64,000 nt of DNA from Mytilus californianus (GCF_021869535.1 NW_026262723.1:56668001-56732000); one strand, 5' to 3'. Counted from the first letter of the stretch, positions 51,438 through 62,780 are shown. Numbers and translations: made by a program. Notes: generated by a model not told the origin, from the sequence alone.

Positions 51438-52292
51438 TGAAGGCTGTACGATGACCTATAATAGTTGCTTACATCCTTCTTTTGTTTTCTGGTGGATAGT
51501 TGTCTCACGGGCAAGCCTACTTGTACCAACTAATTATCCTTTTTTGTTATACTTTTTACATATTAATAAATTTAGATGGACGTTTAACAGCCATACATTG
51601 GACTAATTGACATTTTATCTCTTATAACGTTATATTTTTTTGGAACTCTTAGAAAAATTAATGATTTTTTTTTGTCAGATTTGATTACTGAATGTTACCG
51701 TCTGCTGGAAGTTTTAATTCTATGTATGAATGTACGATAGAATGTTAGGATAATGATGAAAATCGCATTTTGTAAATAAACATAAATTTAAGTGTATACG
51801 AGTGCAAACATAAGACGAATGATTGTGACTTACAATAAATTGCTAAATAAATTTTATTAAGACCAATATTTTATAATTATTTAATTTCATTTTGAAATCT
51901 CGAACTGAAGACAACTTCGAAATAGCAATCCAATTAGTTGCATATAAATAACCGAGACATAAATTTGTTTTTACTACTTGAATTAACAACTACGTCAAAA
52001 TAAAATAGGGAAATCTGTAAGGTCTTAAAATGTTAATATTTATATCACGTTTGTTTATTTGTTTTGTATGCAATTTGCGTTTAAACAGTTCGTGATAAAT
52101 GACTAAAATTATAATACGGCAACTTATGTGAATTTCGTTAGTTTTTAACTTCATAAAACTTACCGTTTATGTGAAATTATACGAAAAGACAGTCCTTAGC
52201 CCAAAAGCAGATGACATTTACTTTTTATAATGCAATACAGGGTAAGTACAAATCGTGATTTAAAATATAAAAGATAATTTCTTTTAAAAAAG

Positions 52293-52303
52293 AATACTTC
52301 CTG
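52293..52303 (-). promoter_or_regulatory. Conserved ETS-like motif caggaagtatt (otopetrin-like 1)
   Basis: Identical 11-mer at an equivalent position upstream of all three paralogs. Confidence 0.5.
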
Positions 52304-52804
52304 ATTTGAACTTCCTTGATGCATATATTTACTTCAAGTGGTCTACATTGTACATGTATGTTCTAAATATAAGTTTACCTCTTATAAATTTATCACCTGA
52401 CAGCTGTTTAGGAGTATGTTTAAATGTCCACAAAAAGTATTCCAGGTCGAGGTACGCGATTACAAAAACGTTTTTAGTTGGATTAAATTCCGTCGTCGTC
52501 AATTTTACATTTATGAGGAGGTCCCATTTATAAAAGTAGAAAAAAATATAACAATATTAATTAATAAACATTTTCAATTTCACTATACCGCGTTCAATAT
52601 GTCCCAAGACAAGGACTACATTTGTCATATCTATTGTTTCTGTAAGAGATTTGGTATTGATCGTATGATTAATGCAAATTTTTGGTCACTCGTTAAATAC
52701 TTTTGAACATTCAAATTCTTCCATTCGTATCTCATAATCATAATTGTTTCCCAGCATGATTAAGTATGTTAATGTAAAATTATTCGATGAATTAAGAAAG
52801 TATG

Positions 52805-53130
52805 ATTGATTGATTGTAGTTTGCGTACCATCCAGTGGCCAATATTTCATACTTCAATATTCACGACATGCGAACAATTTAACAATTATTACGATAGGTA
52901 CAAATGAATGTTCTGGATCTGTAAAGTGGGTCAAACAGGATGAAAGACAGTATAAAAATTGTTGGATAGGAGTAGAAATTTTGCTACACTATAGGCCATC
53001 GAGAAACCCTCAAATAGGCATTATAATGATTCTGTGACTCACAGAGAGCATGACACTTATCCTACTCGAGGTCTTACTGTCGGACATTAAAGCCCAGGTT
53101 GACAATACTTCTATACCGCAATCCAACCCA
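52805..53130 (-). mobile_element. Degenerate SINE copy
   Basis: Tail reverse complement gaaatattggccactggatggtacgcaaactacaatcaatcaat. Confidence 0.55.
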
Positions 53131-53199
53131 AGGTTCAGTAAGGAACGTATACAAAATAGTAAGATTAAAAATTAAAAAAATATCACTCGCTTGCCCTTA

Positions 53200-53920
53200 T
53201 TTCTACAGAACAACAAAAATGTCAATGTAACAAACACTAAACAGTTTGCTATCACTATGCTAAGAATAAAGGTATAATGAATGAAAGTTTGACACAAAAT
53301 AAAATAGGCACATCATCGTATGTGTACTCATCAAGTCAACGTCAGGCAGATATATAATATGATACACCTTTAAGTGATCAAATACTTTTAGAATACAATA
53401 CAAAGTAAACATGTTTTACAGGATGCACGAATTAATATACTTCTATTTCAGGGAATGGGAGATCTTCATATCAGTGTCTGATTTTGCCAATTAATTGAAT
53501 ACATTTACTCAATGTACAATGTATCATCAAACGCTCAAATACTATTGTAGAAAACTTTAAGTGTGGTTTATAAAATCAATACTAACACTAACTCATGTTT
53601 TAGGCGAAAAACATAATTATAATTTTACAAGCATTGAGACATTTATGTACTTTACTTGATTTATGTCAAGTGATGGGCGGGGCTTAACGGATCCGCTAAT
53701 CATATACCAGTCTATCTATTATAGAACGGTGTTTTGTATAAACCCATCAACGAAGTGTCCTGTTATGGTCGTTAAATGATCGGTTGAAATATGTAAACAC
53801 TATAATTATGTTTAATCGTAAAGTGGATAATGGGACACAGCTGTTGACGTTCTTGTAAAACGGGGTTTTAAAACATGTAAACAAATTGTCAATCTTTGAA
53901 AATTGTGGAATATGATGATA
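53200..53920 (+). pseudogene. TLR-like LRR relic between the divergent otopetrin promoters
   Basis: 53645-53915 aligns with 1385-1625 and 5680-5935 (LKYVNTIIMFNR...LKHVNKLSIFENCGI). SLTQNKIGTSS and LLEYN match the 7500-7570 module. Confidence 0.58.
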
Positions 53921-54657
53921 TCAGTACACATCCTACAATTAAATCAAACCACTAAAGTCGACCATCAACACATAGATCGTTACTGTACTAAATAATACAT
54001 TAGATGTTGTATGTGATCGACGAACAAAACTAATGATGAGTATAACAAAACTAATGATGAGTATAACAAAACTGAATAGAAAAGACGATAAAGACGGCGG
54101 GTCAATTAAAGTATTATAATTATAGTAAGTGTTCACGGGTTGTTGTTGATGTAGTGCCATTCTATGTATCTATGCTAATCAATGTTCTTTTTTCTTATAC
54201 ATGTATTCTCTATATGCCCCTTGTGGGTCCTTAATTGGTAATAAAATATGTTCTTGTTCTTCTTGTTATTGTAAAAGTTGTTCTATAGCAAATTACAAGG
54301 TATCAATTATAACCCATTGTTTAAGACCGTATATTGACCTGTAGATGTTTACATTCCTGTCATTTGACCTTTTGATGGACAGTTATTCTGACTGGCGATC
54401 ACACAACAGAGCCTTATAAAGATACAAGACTAGTTTAAACAAGACATAAAAGGGCAGATACTTTACACGGAGGAAGACATGACATTTATATTAACGACTG
54501 ACAAAAAAAAAGACAGCTGCAGTAGTCTAAAATATGTTTTCTTGCAAACAATCTTGCAATGGACCGCTGAAAAAGTAGGTCATTTACTTTTAGATCTCAG
54601 ACGTCCCATGAGACACATTCTACAATTATTTATATCAGGGATAGTATCTCCCGCGCA

Positions 54658-54660
<3 letters not shown>

Positions 54661-54714
<54 letters not shown>
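54661..54714. repeat. (CA)27 microsatellite
   Basis: Seen directly. Confidence 0.97.
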
Positions 54715-54717
<3 letters not shown>

Positions 54718-55136
54718 GAATGATTTTTATCAACTTGAAAATACGAACATGAAAATCAGGAAGAAATAGGTGATGATAGGTTCCTCACAACATAACATAT
54801 CGCTTTTTTATTTTAATAAACACAAATATGAGATCCAATGTCTTTACATCAATGAATGCTCGAAGTATATTGTTTACATTATGAATTTGGTGTTCAACAA
54901 TTATATGTTAAAAACATATATAAAACTTTCAGTAAACTTATTTGTACTTTTAAAAAATTGCAGACCAGATATAAAATTATTTGAAAAATGAACACTGACA
55001 CTTTCATATCTGCATTTATTTCCTTTTTCTAGGAAGAAAATGATCTAACTAGTCATCAATAGTATCATTAAAGTTTCCATTGAGCATTAAGGAAGACTTT
55101 CACTACAAAACCCATTCAAAAACTGTCATATATTGA

Positions 55137-55147
55137 CAGGAAGTATT
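55137..55147 (+). promoter_or_regulatory. Conserved ETS-like motif caggaagtatt (otopetrin-like 2)
   Basis: Lies in a block (about 54960-55420) conserved with 59760-60300. Confidence 0.5.
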
Positions 55148-55242
55148 TACGAAATCCAAATGTAGTTTAATAACTGATACGATCGATTAAATTACAGTTC
55201 AGTTCTGCACCGACTATGTAACACAATAAATAGAAATAATCT

Positions 55243-55583
55243 GTAAGTAGTCTCTATATTTACCTTTTTTGTATGACATTCTTATCATCACGTCTATTTA
55301 TAACCATATGGAATCTGAGATGGGTATCTATTTTACAATGTAACTCAATTTAAAAATCGTAAAAAGAAGAAAAGAAGATAGATCACTTTATTATGACAGT
55401 CATTATTTGCTGTATCAAGTATTTATATAACATCCAGTTAGAAAGAAACTTTTCCACGATATTTAAGCCTGCTAGGACGATATGAGTTATGGATATTTCT
55501 TTGTATTAGACTGAAACTATTGATGCAGCTTTTTAGCATTCTTGCGAACACATGAATACATTGTAGGAGTAGGAATACTAGTT

Positions 55584-55635
<52 letters not shown>

Positions 55636-55685
55636 ATTAGTATGTTATATGTAAATGATACTATAATTTATTATTTTATTTTTAG
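55243..55685 (+). other. Predicted 5'UTR intron of otopetrin-like 2 (443 bp)
   Basis: GTAAGTagtctctatatttac is conserved with 60074; acceptor ttttatttttAG is 17 nt before the ATG. Confidence 0.62.
55587..55630. repeat. (AG)22 microsatellite
   Basis: Seen directly. Confidence 0.97.
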
Positions 55686-55702
55686 AAGTTATTATATCAG
55701 AA

Positions 55703-57298
55703 ATGACTCCTTTTAAAAAACTGTTCAGAGCAATTTTTGTGCTGCCATTTTCTGCTGGAGACCCAAAGAATCAGTATCTAGGTGGAATAGTCACTCATGA
55801 TGGAAGTATTTCTGGTGTAGTGTTTCTTGTTAGTGTAGTTGTTATTCTTTGTGAAATGTTATTGATTGGATCATTTGGTACTGAGAAAGATTCTACGTTT
55901 CTATTTGTGCTAACCATGGAAGTGACCTCTGGTCTGGCTATATTGATTTGCATAATTCTGTTAATCTATGCATCATTGAAACCAGGTATACTCAAAGAAA
56001 ACGATTGCTGGGATGTTAGTAACAAAATCATGATGAAATTTTTATGGCTATTTACCTTTGCTAGTTTGACATATAGTGGTATTTTCATTGCATACCATGC
56101 TGACTGTCTTATAAACAACTACCCACTCGACCATGTCAAAAATCGTATTCTTTGCGACGTTTTTCTCTTCACCTATAGATCAGTCCAAACAGGATTTTTA
56201 ACATACTTTTCGCAACGAGTGTTTGTGAGTAAACTCAGATTCTATTACGGATTACTTGTCTTATTTTTAATTAACATAACAGTTATTGTCATAGATTTTG
56301 CTCACTCGATCCGTGACGTTAAAGACTTCAGTATAAATGACACACAAATCGCAAAACCAAACACATGTGCTAGCAATTCTTCTATTAGCACAATTTTGCG
56401 TAGTGTAAAGAATTTCCTGGAACCCGCTGAGCTTGAATATTCTTTATTGACTATTCTATTTATTACACAGCTATGGCCAAGGAAGAAAACAATTTCTAAC
56501 AACAGCAATCCACTGTGTATAATTCGCGACAGTGTTACTGATGGGGAATATGAACCCTTAGTCTGTGTAAATGAGGATGTAGCAATTTATGATAACATTC
56601 CATGTAGTGCGAATTCCGAAAAACCTAAACGCATGACTATGATATTCGCAAATATTGCATTTCCCGTGCTTATTTCAATACCAAGCACTATTTTACTTAT
56701 TATCAAAATCTACGCTTCAAAAGATGAATTGGTAGAAAACGCATTAAACATCTTTAACGGATTTCAAGTGACAATACTTCTGTTTGTTTTAGTCAAATGT
56801 TATTACTTACTCCAGTCAGACTGCAAACCGACAAAAGTGGAAAGCCATTTTACCTCTAAAGACTATCTTATTCTTGTCAGTTTTGTTGGATCGTTAAGTT
56901 TATACTTAATGAGATTAATCTCATACATTTTACTCGTACATACAGATAATCAAAATCCAACTAAAACATATACTTATGTTATTACGATTATGGGTATTTA
57001 TTTGCAGATAGTTTTCTTATTCCAAATGAAAAACTATGGAAAGGGAAAAATCCAGTCATCATGTATATCAATAGAGTATACTTGCCTGTTTATGTCCGTA
57101 GTCAACTTTATGATCTGGGCGGAAGATTCTTTTATAGCCGCCAGGTGGGTATTTCGCGATGACGCGCCTACGCTTTTCTATGGTAACAATGTGTGGGTGA
57201 CATATTTTACTCTGCTTTTTCCTTTTGTTATATTTTACCGTTTTAAATGTTTTGTTGCATTTTATGGCTTGTATCACAGACTGTCAAATGAAATTTAA
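55703..57298 (+). CDS. OTOP-like: Otopetrin-like proton channel 2 (531 aa, single coding exon)
   Basis: Motifs SVQTGFL, LINIT, LEPAELEYSLL, YLQIVF, VNFMIW, FPFVIFYRF; Cys in YHADC and NTCAS consistent with the extracellular loop disulfide. Confidence 0.92.
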   Translation: MTPFKKLFRAIFVLPFSAGDPKNQYLGGIVTHDGSISGVVFLVSVVVILCEMLLIGSFGTEKDSTFLFVLTMEVTSGLAILICIILLIYASLKPGILKENDCWDVSNKIMMKFLWLFTFASLTYSGIFIAYHADCLINNYPLDHVKNRILCDVFLFTYRSVQTGFLTYFSQRVFVSKLRFYYGLLVLFLINITVIVIDFAHSIRDVKDFSINDTQIAKPNTCASNSSISTILRSVKNFLEPAELEYSLLTILFITQLWPRKKTISNNSNPLCIIRDSVTDGEYEPLVCVNEDVAIYDNIPCSANSEKPKRMTMIFANIAFPVLISIPSTILLIIKIYASKDELVENALNIFNGFQVTILLFVLVKCYYLLQSDCKPTKVESHFTSKDYLILVSFVGSLSLYLMRLISYILLVHTDNQNPTKTYTYVITIMGIYLQIVFLFQMKNYGKGKIQSSCISIEYTCLFMSVVNFMIWAEDSFIAARWVFRDDAPTLFYGNNVWVTYFTLLFPFVIFYRFKCFVAFYGLYHRLSNEI

Positions 57299-57471
57299 AG
57301 TGAAATGAAAACTTTAAGTTAGTTTTGTTACATATAATTTAATTACAAAGTTTAACATGACATAATGAAATAATACGAAGAGGGATGATCAATTTCTGTA
57401 TAATGATCGTCTGTTTGCTGCTGCCATCACTGTCATTTTATTGAAATACTACTTGAGGGAAACACGATCCA

Positions 57472-57477
57472 AATAAA
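57472..57477 (+). terminator. Putative polyadenylation signal AATAAA
   Basis: 174 nt after the stop codon, in the same acgatcc..aataaa context as 62775. Confidence 0.55.
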
Positions 57478-59155
57478 ACAAATATTCACAAGACATTAGA
57501 TGAAAGGAAGATATACGATGAACGCTAATAATTTCCTCCTAATATAGCAAACATACCCACTGCCATTTAATTATGCAATCCTTTGACAAATGGGTCTATT
57601 TTATTGATAACTCTTTATATTGGTTAGTATATTGCATTTGTTTACGTCACTGTGACATTTTATAATTAATACGCTTATTTGATTAAAATAGTTTCTCAAT
57701 TTCAGAATTTGTTTTGTTAGAATTGTGAGCAACTGGCTTACACTTAAAGATATTTGACTCAAATCACATTTGTACGAATATAAAAATAAGGAAATATGGT
57801 ATGATTATGCTCAACTCTATATAAATGGCAATATTTCCAAATGAGCGATTTCGGAACTTTTGCAGTCTTTTCCCGTTTAGTTGTTCACCCAATTTTGTCA
57901 ATAAAACGGAACTATAAATAAGTGTCATATACAAGTGAGTGGTTTAGCTAGCTATAAAACCAGGTTTAATCCACAATTTTCTTTGGAAAATGCCTAAACC
58001 AAGTCAGGAATATAGCAGATGTTTTTCACTTGTTCCGTTGATTGATAGCGTTTGATTTTGTCAGTTTTTATGGACTCCCCCTTTTTGAAAATGCCTTGGA
58101 GTTTGGTATTTTTGTTATCCTTTTTGGATGCGAAAAGTTTGAAGTCTGTTAAAACATCTTAACCTGTATTTGACAGAATAGTGATTCATGAACATGCAAA
58201 TGCTGCTACTATATATATATATATATTGATTTGTGGTGGGTTTTTTTTATTTCTAATTCAAGGTGCAACAATAAATCCGACCATATCATATCTTCTTCTT
58301 TGGAAGAAAGCCCATAAAACTATCGCTTGAATTTAAAGCAAACAAATTAATTTTGTATTGTTAACGAAAAGAAAAGAAAAATGACCGAACCATAATCTAA
58401 AAAAAAGCAAAGACCATTAAACAGACAGCATAGGAATTTTAATACTAGGATCTGATATAATATCACATGAGACAACTGTCATCTAAAATACAAAAAATGA
58501 TTATGTACATGTACAAGTCAAATGACGACCTTTAAGAATGGAAGAAGTCTGATATCGTAACCTAGGCTAGTATATGGGAGGCCTTGTTTTCTATATACAT
58601 GTACCATCATCACATTTATGTATTTCTATACGTGTCTAGATGCGCGTGGTGTATTTACACACTTGGAAAACAAAATGTTTTTAAGATGCCACCACGACGT
58701 CACTCGTACTCCGGTTTTTTCTAAACGTTTTCTTGCCTAATCTGGCCATTTGAAGTTGGTAATCAAAGTAACTCCGGAGCCCAGTATAGATTGTCGAGAG
58801 AAGAAAATATGTTATTAGGAAAGAGTACATTTTTGTAACATAACGTATGCAATTTTGGCTATCTAGAAAAGAGAAGTTCCAGTCATTAAAAAGTATCTGT
58901 GGTTGGAGGGAATGTTTATACAGCTGAATACATTTTACAGTTAAATAATTCGAGTATCATTCTTTTAATTTGGTAGATTCACAATTCAAACTTCCAAAAA
59001 TATGTCGAATGTTACAAATATGCCATTAGAATATGACTCTGTTTGAAAGATGTTTCTAATTCTACTGTTAACCTTAAATAAATTAAATAAATAAATAAAT
59101 TGTTATCAAAAGTAAGTATCAATTGACTAATATTCTGAATAGTATGGCATCCTGA

Positions 59156-59453
59156 CCCAGCTGCATTTGTTTGCACCTGTCCTAAGTCAGGAACCTGATG
59201 TTCAGTGATTGTCGTTTGTTGTTGTGGTTCATAAGTGTTTCTTGTTTCTCGTTTTTTTATATAGATTAGACCGTTGGTTTTCCTGTTTGAATGGTTTTAC
59301 ACTAGTCATATTTGAGGCCCTTTATAGCTTGCTGTTCGGTGTGAGCCAAGGCTCCGTGTTGAAGGCCGTACTTTGACCTATAATGGTTTACTTTCACAAA
59401 TTGTGACTTGGATGGAGAGTTGTCTCATTGGCACTCATACAACCTCTTCTTAT
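59156..59453 (-). mobile_element. Family A repeat copy
   Basis: Reverse-complement match to 47593-47895. Confidence 0.88.
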
Positions 59454-59937
59454 ATCTACCAACTCCCTCTCAGCGCCAGGAAGATCAGGCGTAATACCGT
59501 CCATGTGACCACTTTTCAATGCTGAACAGGACTGATCTACTGCGCATGTGCGTGTTATATAAACAATGAATATACGAAACGTCAACAAACGTTCCTGTAA
59601 TAAAGGTTCTTCAAGTAGACCAGGTTACATCGAGGTTACCCTAATATTCCTTATATTATAAATCTGGTGTTTTACAGTTATACATGTATGTTAATACATA
59701 TCTGAAAACTGACAGTAAACTTGCTTGTACTTCACATGTATGAAAATTCCAGACGAGATACAAAAAAATATTTGAAAAATGAACATTAATTTGCACTGTT
59801 ATTTCTGTATTAAGTGGAGTTTCCTTTGTTTAGGTAAAAAATAAATTAACCAGCCAACAATGACATGATTAAAGTTTCGATTAAGCATTAAGGAAGAAAT
59901 TCATTATTTAACCCATTCAAAAGTTGTCACATATTAA

Positions 59938-59948
59938 CAGGAAGTATT
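59938..59948 (+). promoter_or_regulatory. Conserved ETS-like motif caggaagtatt (otopetrin-like 3)
   Basis: Same position relative to the predicted first-exon donor. Confidence 0.5.
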
Positions 59949-60383
59949 TACGAATCCAAATATAGTTGAATAATTGATACGATCGTTAATAGTGCATATC
60001 AGTATTAACACTGCCTATATATGTCTATTGGAAAACTGTTTTAAGTCAATACCACCATTTAAAGAAAACATCAGTAAGTAGTCTCTATATTTACTTAATT
60101 TGTATGATAATCTTCACATGAAGTCTGTGTATAGAGTCTGGAATGTGTATCTGATTTTCAATGTAACGAAATTTAAAATCATAAAAGATAAAAGCAGGAA
60201 CTCGTAGATGGGTGGGTGTTTAATACATCACCGGAACATGATCATATTAAAGGTTTCTTTATTATAGAAAACATTCATTTGTTACGGTATCAAACATTTA
60301 TGTAGCGTCTGGTAAGCATGTAATTTTCATTTCTATTAAAACCTGTCAATACGATAATTATGTGACTACTTCGACTACTCGTG

Positions 60384-60855
60384 GCCCCGACATGACAAAA
60401 TGTGAATCAATTCAAACGAGAAAACTAACGGCCTAATTCATACCAAAATAATAGACGAAAAAAAAACATGACAGACATGAACCAAAGATACCCATTGAAT
60501 TACAGGCTCCTTACTTGAGACAAGCACATAAAGAATGTTGCGGGGTTATACATATTTGTGAGTATTCAATCGTCCCCCCTAACCTCGGTAAATGGTGTAA
60601 CAGCACAACAAAAAAACAAAGTATAAAATCAGTTCCAATTGGCTTAACTTAAAAGAACGGAACGAGGATCATAAAAACAATAGACACAAAGCACCGAAAT
60701 AAGAGTATGCGACGTTACTGAAATTAAGTTCAAAGCCAATTAAAACTAATACATATATCATGTTCTCTCAGACTTAGGTATCAATCAGTACACATCCAAC
60801 TGATTTAGTGCAAATACATCATCAACAGTGTGAAAAATGCATGACCTGTATATAA
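60384..60855 (+). mobile_element. Family A repeat (5'-truncated) inside the intron
   Basis: ggccccgacatgacaaaatgtgaatcaattcaaacgagaaaactaacggcct ... aaatgcatgacc; absent from the paralogous intron. Confidence 0.8.
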
Positions 60856-60890
60856 GCGAACACATTACCACTTTGCAGAAATACCTGTCA

Positions 60891-60892
<2 letters not shown>

Positions 60893-60936
<44 letters not shown>
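60893..60936. repeat. (AG)22 microsatellite
   Basis: Seen directly. Confidence 0.97.
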
Positions 60937-60941
<5 letters not shown>

Positions 60942-61010
60942 TTATAAATATTTTAAATGCAAATGATCATGTGGTTTATTTGTTTTTATTTTAAGAAGTT
61001 AATATCAGAA

Positions 61011-62600
61011 ATGACTCCTTTCAAAAGACTGTTCAGAGCTATTTTTGTGCTGCCATTTTCTGCTGGAGACCCAAAGAATCAGTACCTAAATGGAGTAGTC
61101 ACTCATGATGGAAGTGTGTCTGGTGTAGTGTTTCTTGTTAGTGTAGTTGTTATTCTTTGTGAAATATTATTAATTGGATCATTTGGTACAGAGCAGGATT
61201 CTACTTTTCTATTTGTACTAACGATGGAAGTTACCTCTGGCCTTGCTATATTGATTTGCATAATTCTGTTAATTTATGCATCATTGAAACCAGATATACT
61301 AGAGGTAAACGATTGCTGGGATGTTAGTAACAACATTATGATGAGGTTTCTGTGGCTGTTTACTTTAGCTTGTTTGTCATACAGTTGTATTTTCATTGCA
61401 TACCATGTTGACTGTCTTATAAATAACTATCCAATCGACGATATCCAAAATCGTATTCTTTGCGACGTTTTTTTATTCACTTACAGATTAGTCCAAACAG
61501 GATTTTTAACATACTTTTCACAAAGAGTGTTTGTGAGTAAACTCAGATTTTATTACGGATTACTTGTCTTATTTTTAATTAACATAACAGTAATTGTCAT
61601 AGACTTTGCGCACTCGGTCCGTGACGTCAAAGACTTTACCATAAATGCAACACAAATTGCAAAACCAAATACATGTGCAAGCAATTCCTCTATTAGTTCA
61701 ATCTTGCGTAAGGTAGAAGATTTCTTGGAACCCGCTGGACTTGAATATTCTCTATTGACTATTTTATTCATAACACAACTATGGCCGAAGAAGAAAACAA
61801 TTTCTAAAAACAGCAATCCACCGTCTTACATTCGAGATAGTGTAAATGCTGGGGAATATGAACCGTTAGTCTGTAGAAATGAGAACGAATCCATTTATGA
61901 TCAAATTCCAAAAAATACGAATTCCGAAAATCATAAACGGAGGACTTGGATATTTGCAAATATTGCGTTTCCCGTTCTTATTTCAATACCAAGCACTATT
62001 TATCTGATTCTGAAAATCAACGCTTCAAAAGATGAATCAATAGAAAACGGATTAAACATCTTTAACGGATTTCAAGTGACAATACTTTTGTTTGTTTTAG
62101 TCAAATGTTTTTACTTACTCCAGTCGGAATGCAAACCGACCAAAGAGGAAAGCCATTTTACATCTAAAGACTATCTTATTCTTGTCAGTTTTGTTGGATC
62201 GTTAAGTTTATATACAATGAGATTAATTCCATACATATTACTCGTACATACAGATACTCAAAATCCAGCTAAAACATATACTTATGTTATCACGATTATG
62301 GGTATTTATTTTCAAACTGTTTTCCTATTCCAAATGAAAAACTATGGAAAGGGGGAAATCCAGTCATCGTGGATATCAATAGAGTATACTTGCCTGTTTA
62401 TGTCCGTAGTCAACTTTATGATCTGGGCAGAGGATTCATTTATAGCCGCCCAGTGGGTTTTTGCAAATGACGCGCCTACCATTTTCTATGGTAAAATGGT
62501 ATGGGTAACATATTTTACTTTGCTTTTCCCTTTTGTTATTTTTTACCGATTTAAATGTTTCGTGGCATTTTATGGCTTGTATCACAGACTGTCAAACTAA
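61011..62600 (+). CDS. OTOP-like: Otopetrin-like proton channel 3 (529 aa, single coding exon)
   Basis: Close paralog of gene 2 with the same motifs; start placed at MTPFK (61011), matching gene 2 and downstream of the acceptor. Confidence 0.92.
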   Translation: MTPFKRLFRAIFVLPFSAGDPKNQYLNGVVTHDGSVSGVVFLVSVVVILCEILLIGSFGTEQDSTFLFVLTMEVTSGLAILICIILLIYASLKPDILEVNDCWDVSNNIMMRFLWLFTLACLSYSCIFIAYHVDCLINNYPIDDIQNRILCDVFLFTYRLVQTGFLTYFSQRVFVSKLRFYYGLLVLFLINITVIVIDFAHSVRDVKDFTINATQIAKPNTCASNSSISSILRKVEDFLEPAGLEYSLLTILFITQLWPKKKTISKNSNPPSYIRDSVNAGEYEPLVCRNENESIYDQIPKNTNSENHKRRTWIFANIAFPVLISIPSTIYLILKINASKDESIENGLNIFNGFQVTILLFVLVKCFYLLQSECKPTKEESHFTSKDYLILVSFVGSLSLYTMRLIPYILLVHTDTQNPAKTYTYVITIMGIYFQTVFLFQMKNYGKGEIQSSWISIEYTCLFMSVVNFMIWAEDSFIAAQWVFANDAPTIFYGKMVWVTYFTLLFPFVIFYRFKCFVAFYGLYHRLSN

Positions 62601-62774
62601 GAGTTAAAATTAAATTAAAGTACCAAGTGTTATTACATTAAATGTAATTGTTGATATGAATTATTGCAATAATACAAACTGAGGTAATCTTTATCCGCAC
62701 TATGGATATCCGATGGTCGCCGCCAGAACCTCCATTTTATAAAACTTTTAATATACGGATAAACGATCCTAAAA

Positions 62775-62780
62775 AATAAA
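62775..62780 (+). terminator. Putative polyadenylation signal AATAAA
   Basis: 175 nt after the stop codon; position conserved with gene 2. Confidence 0.55.

Larger units (their letters stand above)
50115..52163 (-). other. Predicted 5'UTR intron of otopetrin-like 1
   Basis: Donor cg|GTAAGT (52163-52158, minus) lies about 130 nt downstream of the same caggaagtatt motif found in the paralogs; the acceptor is 14 nt before the ATG. Confidence 0.5.
60074..60995 (+). other. Predicted 5'UTR intron of otopetrin-like 3 (922 bp)
   Basis: Donor ca|GTAAGTagtctctatatttac; acceptor tttttattttaAG 15 nt before the ATG; contains a repeat insertion. Confidence 0.62.

Noticed and set aside
54479-54991. ORFs 54479-54769 and 54770-54991
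   Set aside because: They run through the (CA)n tract and AT-rich upstream DNA and show no protein-like features.
56302-56508. Antisense ORFs inside the otopetrin CDSs (also 61553-61816)
   Set aside because: These are typical shadow ORFs of a real coding strand.
60957-61010. 18-aa N-terminal extension of the 547-aa ORF
   Set aside because: It spans the predicted acceptor; gene 2 starts at the equivalent MTPFK.
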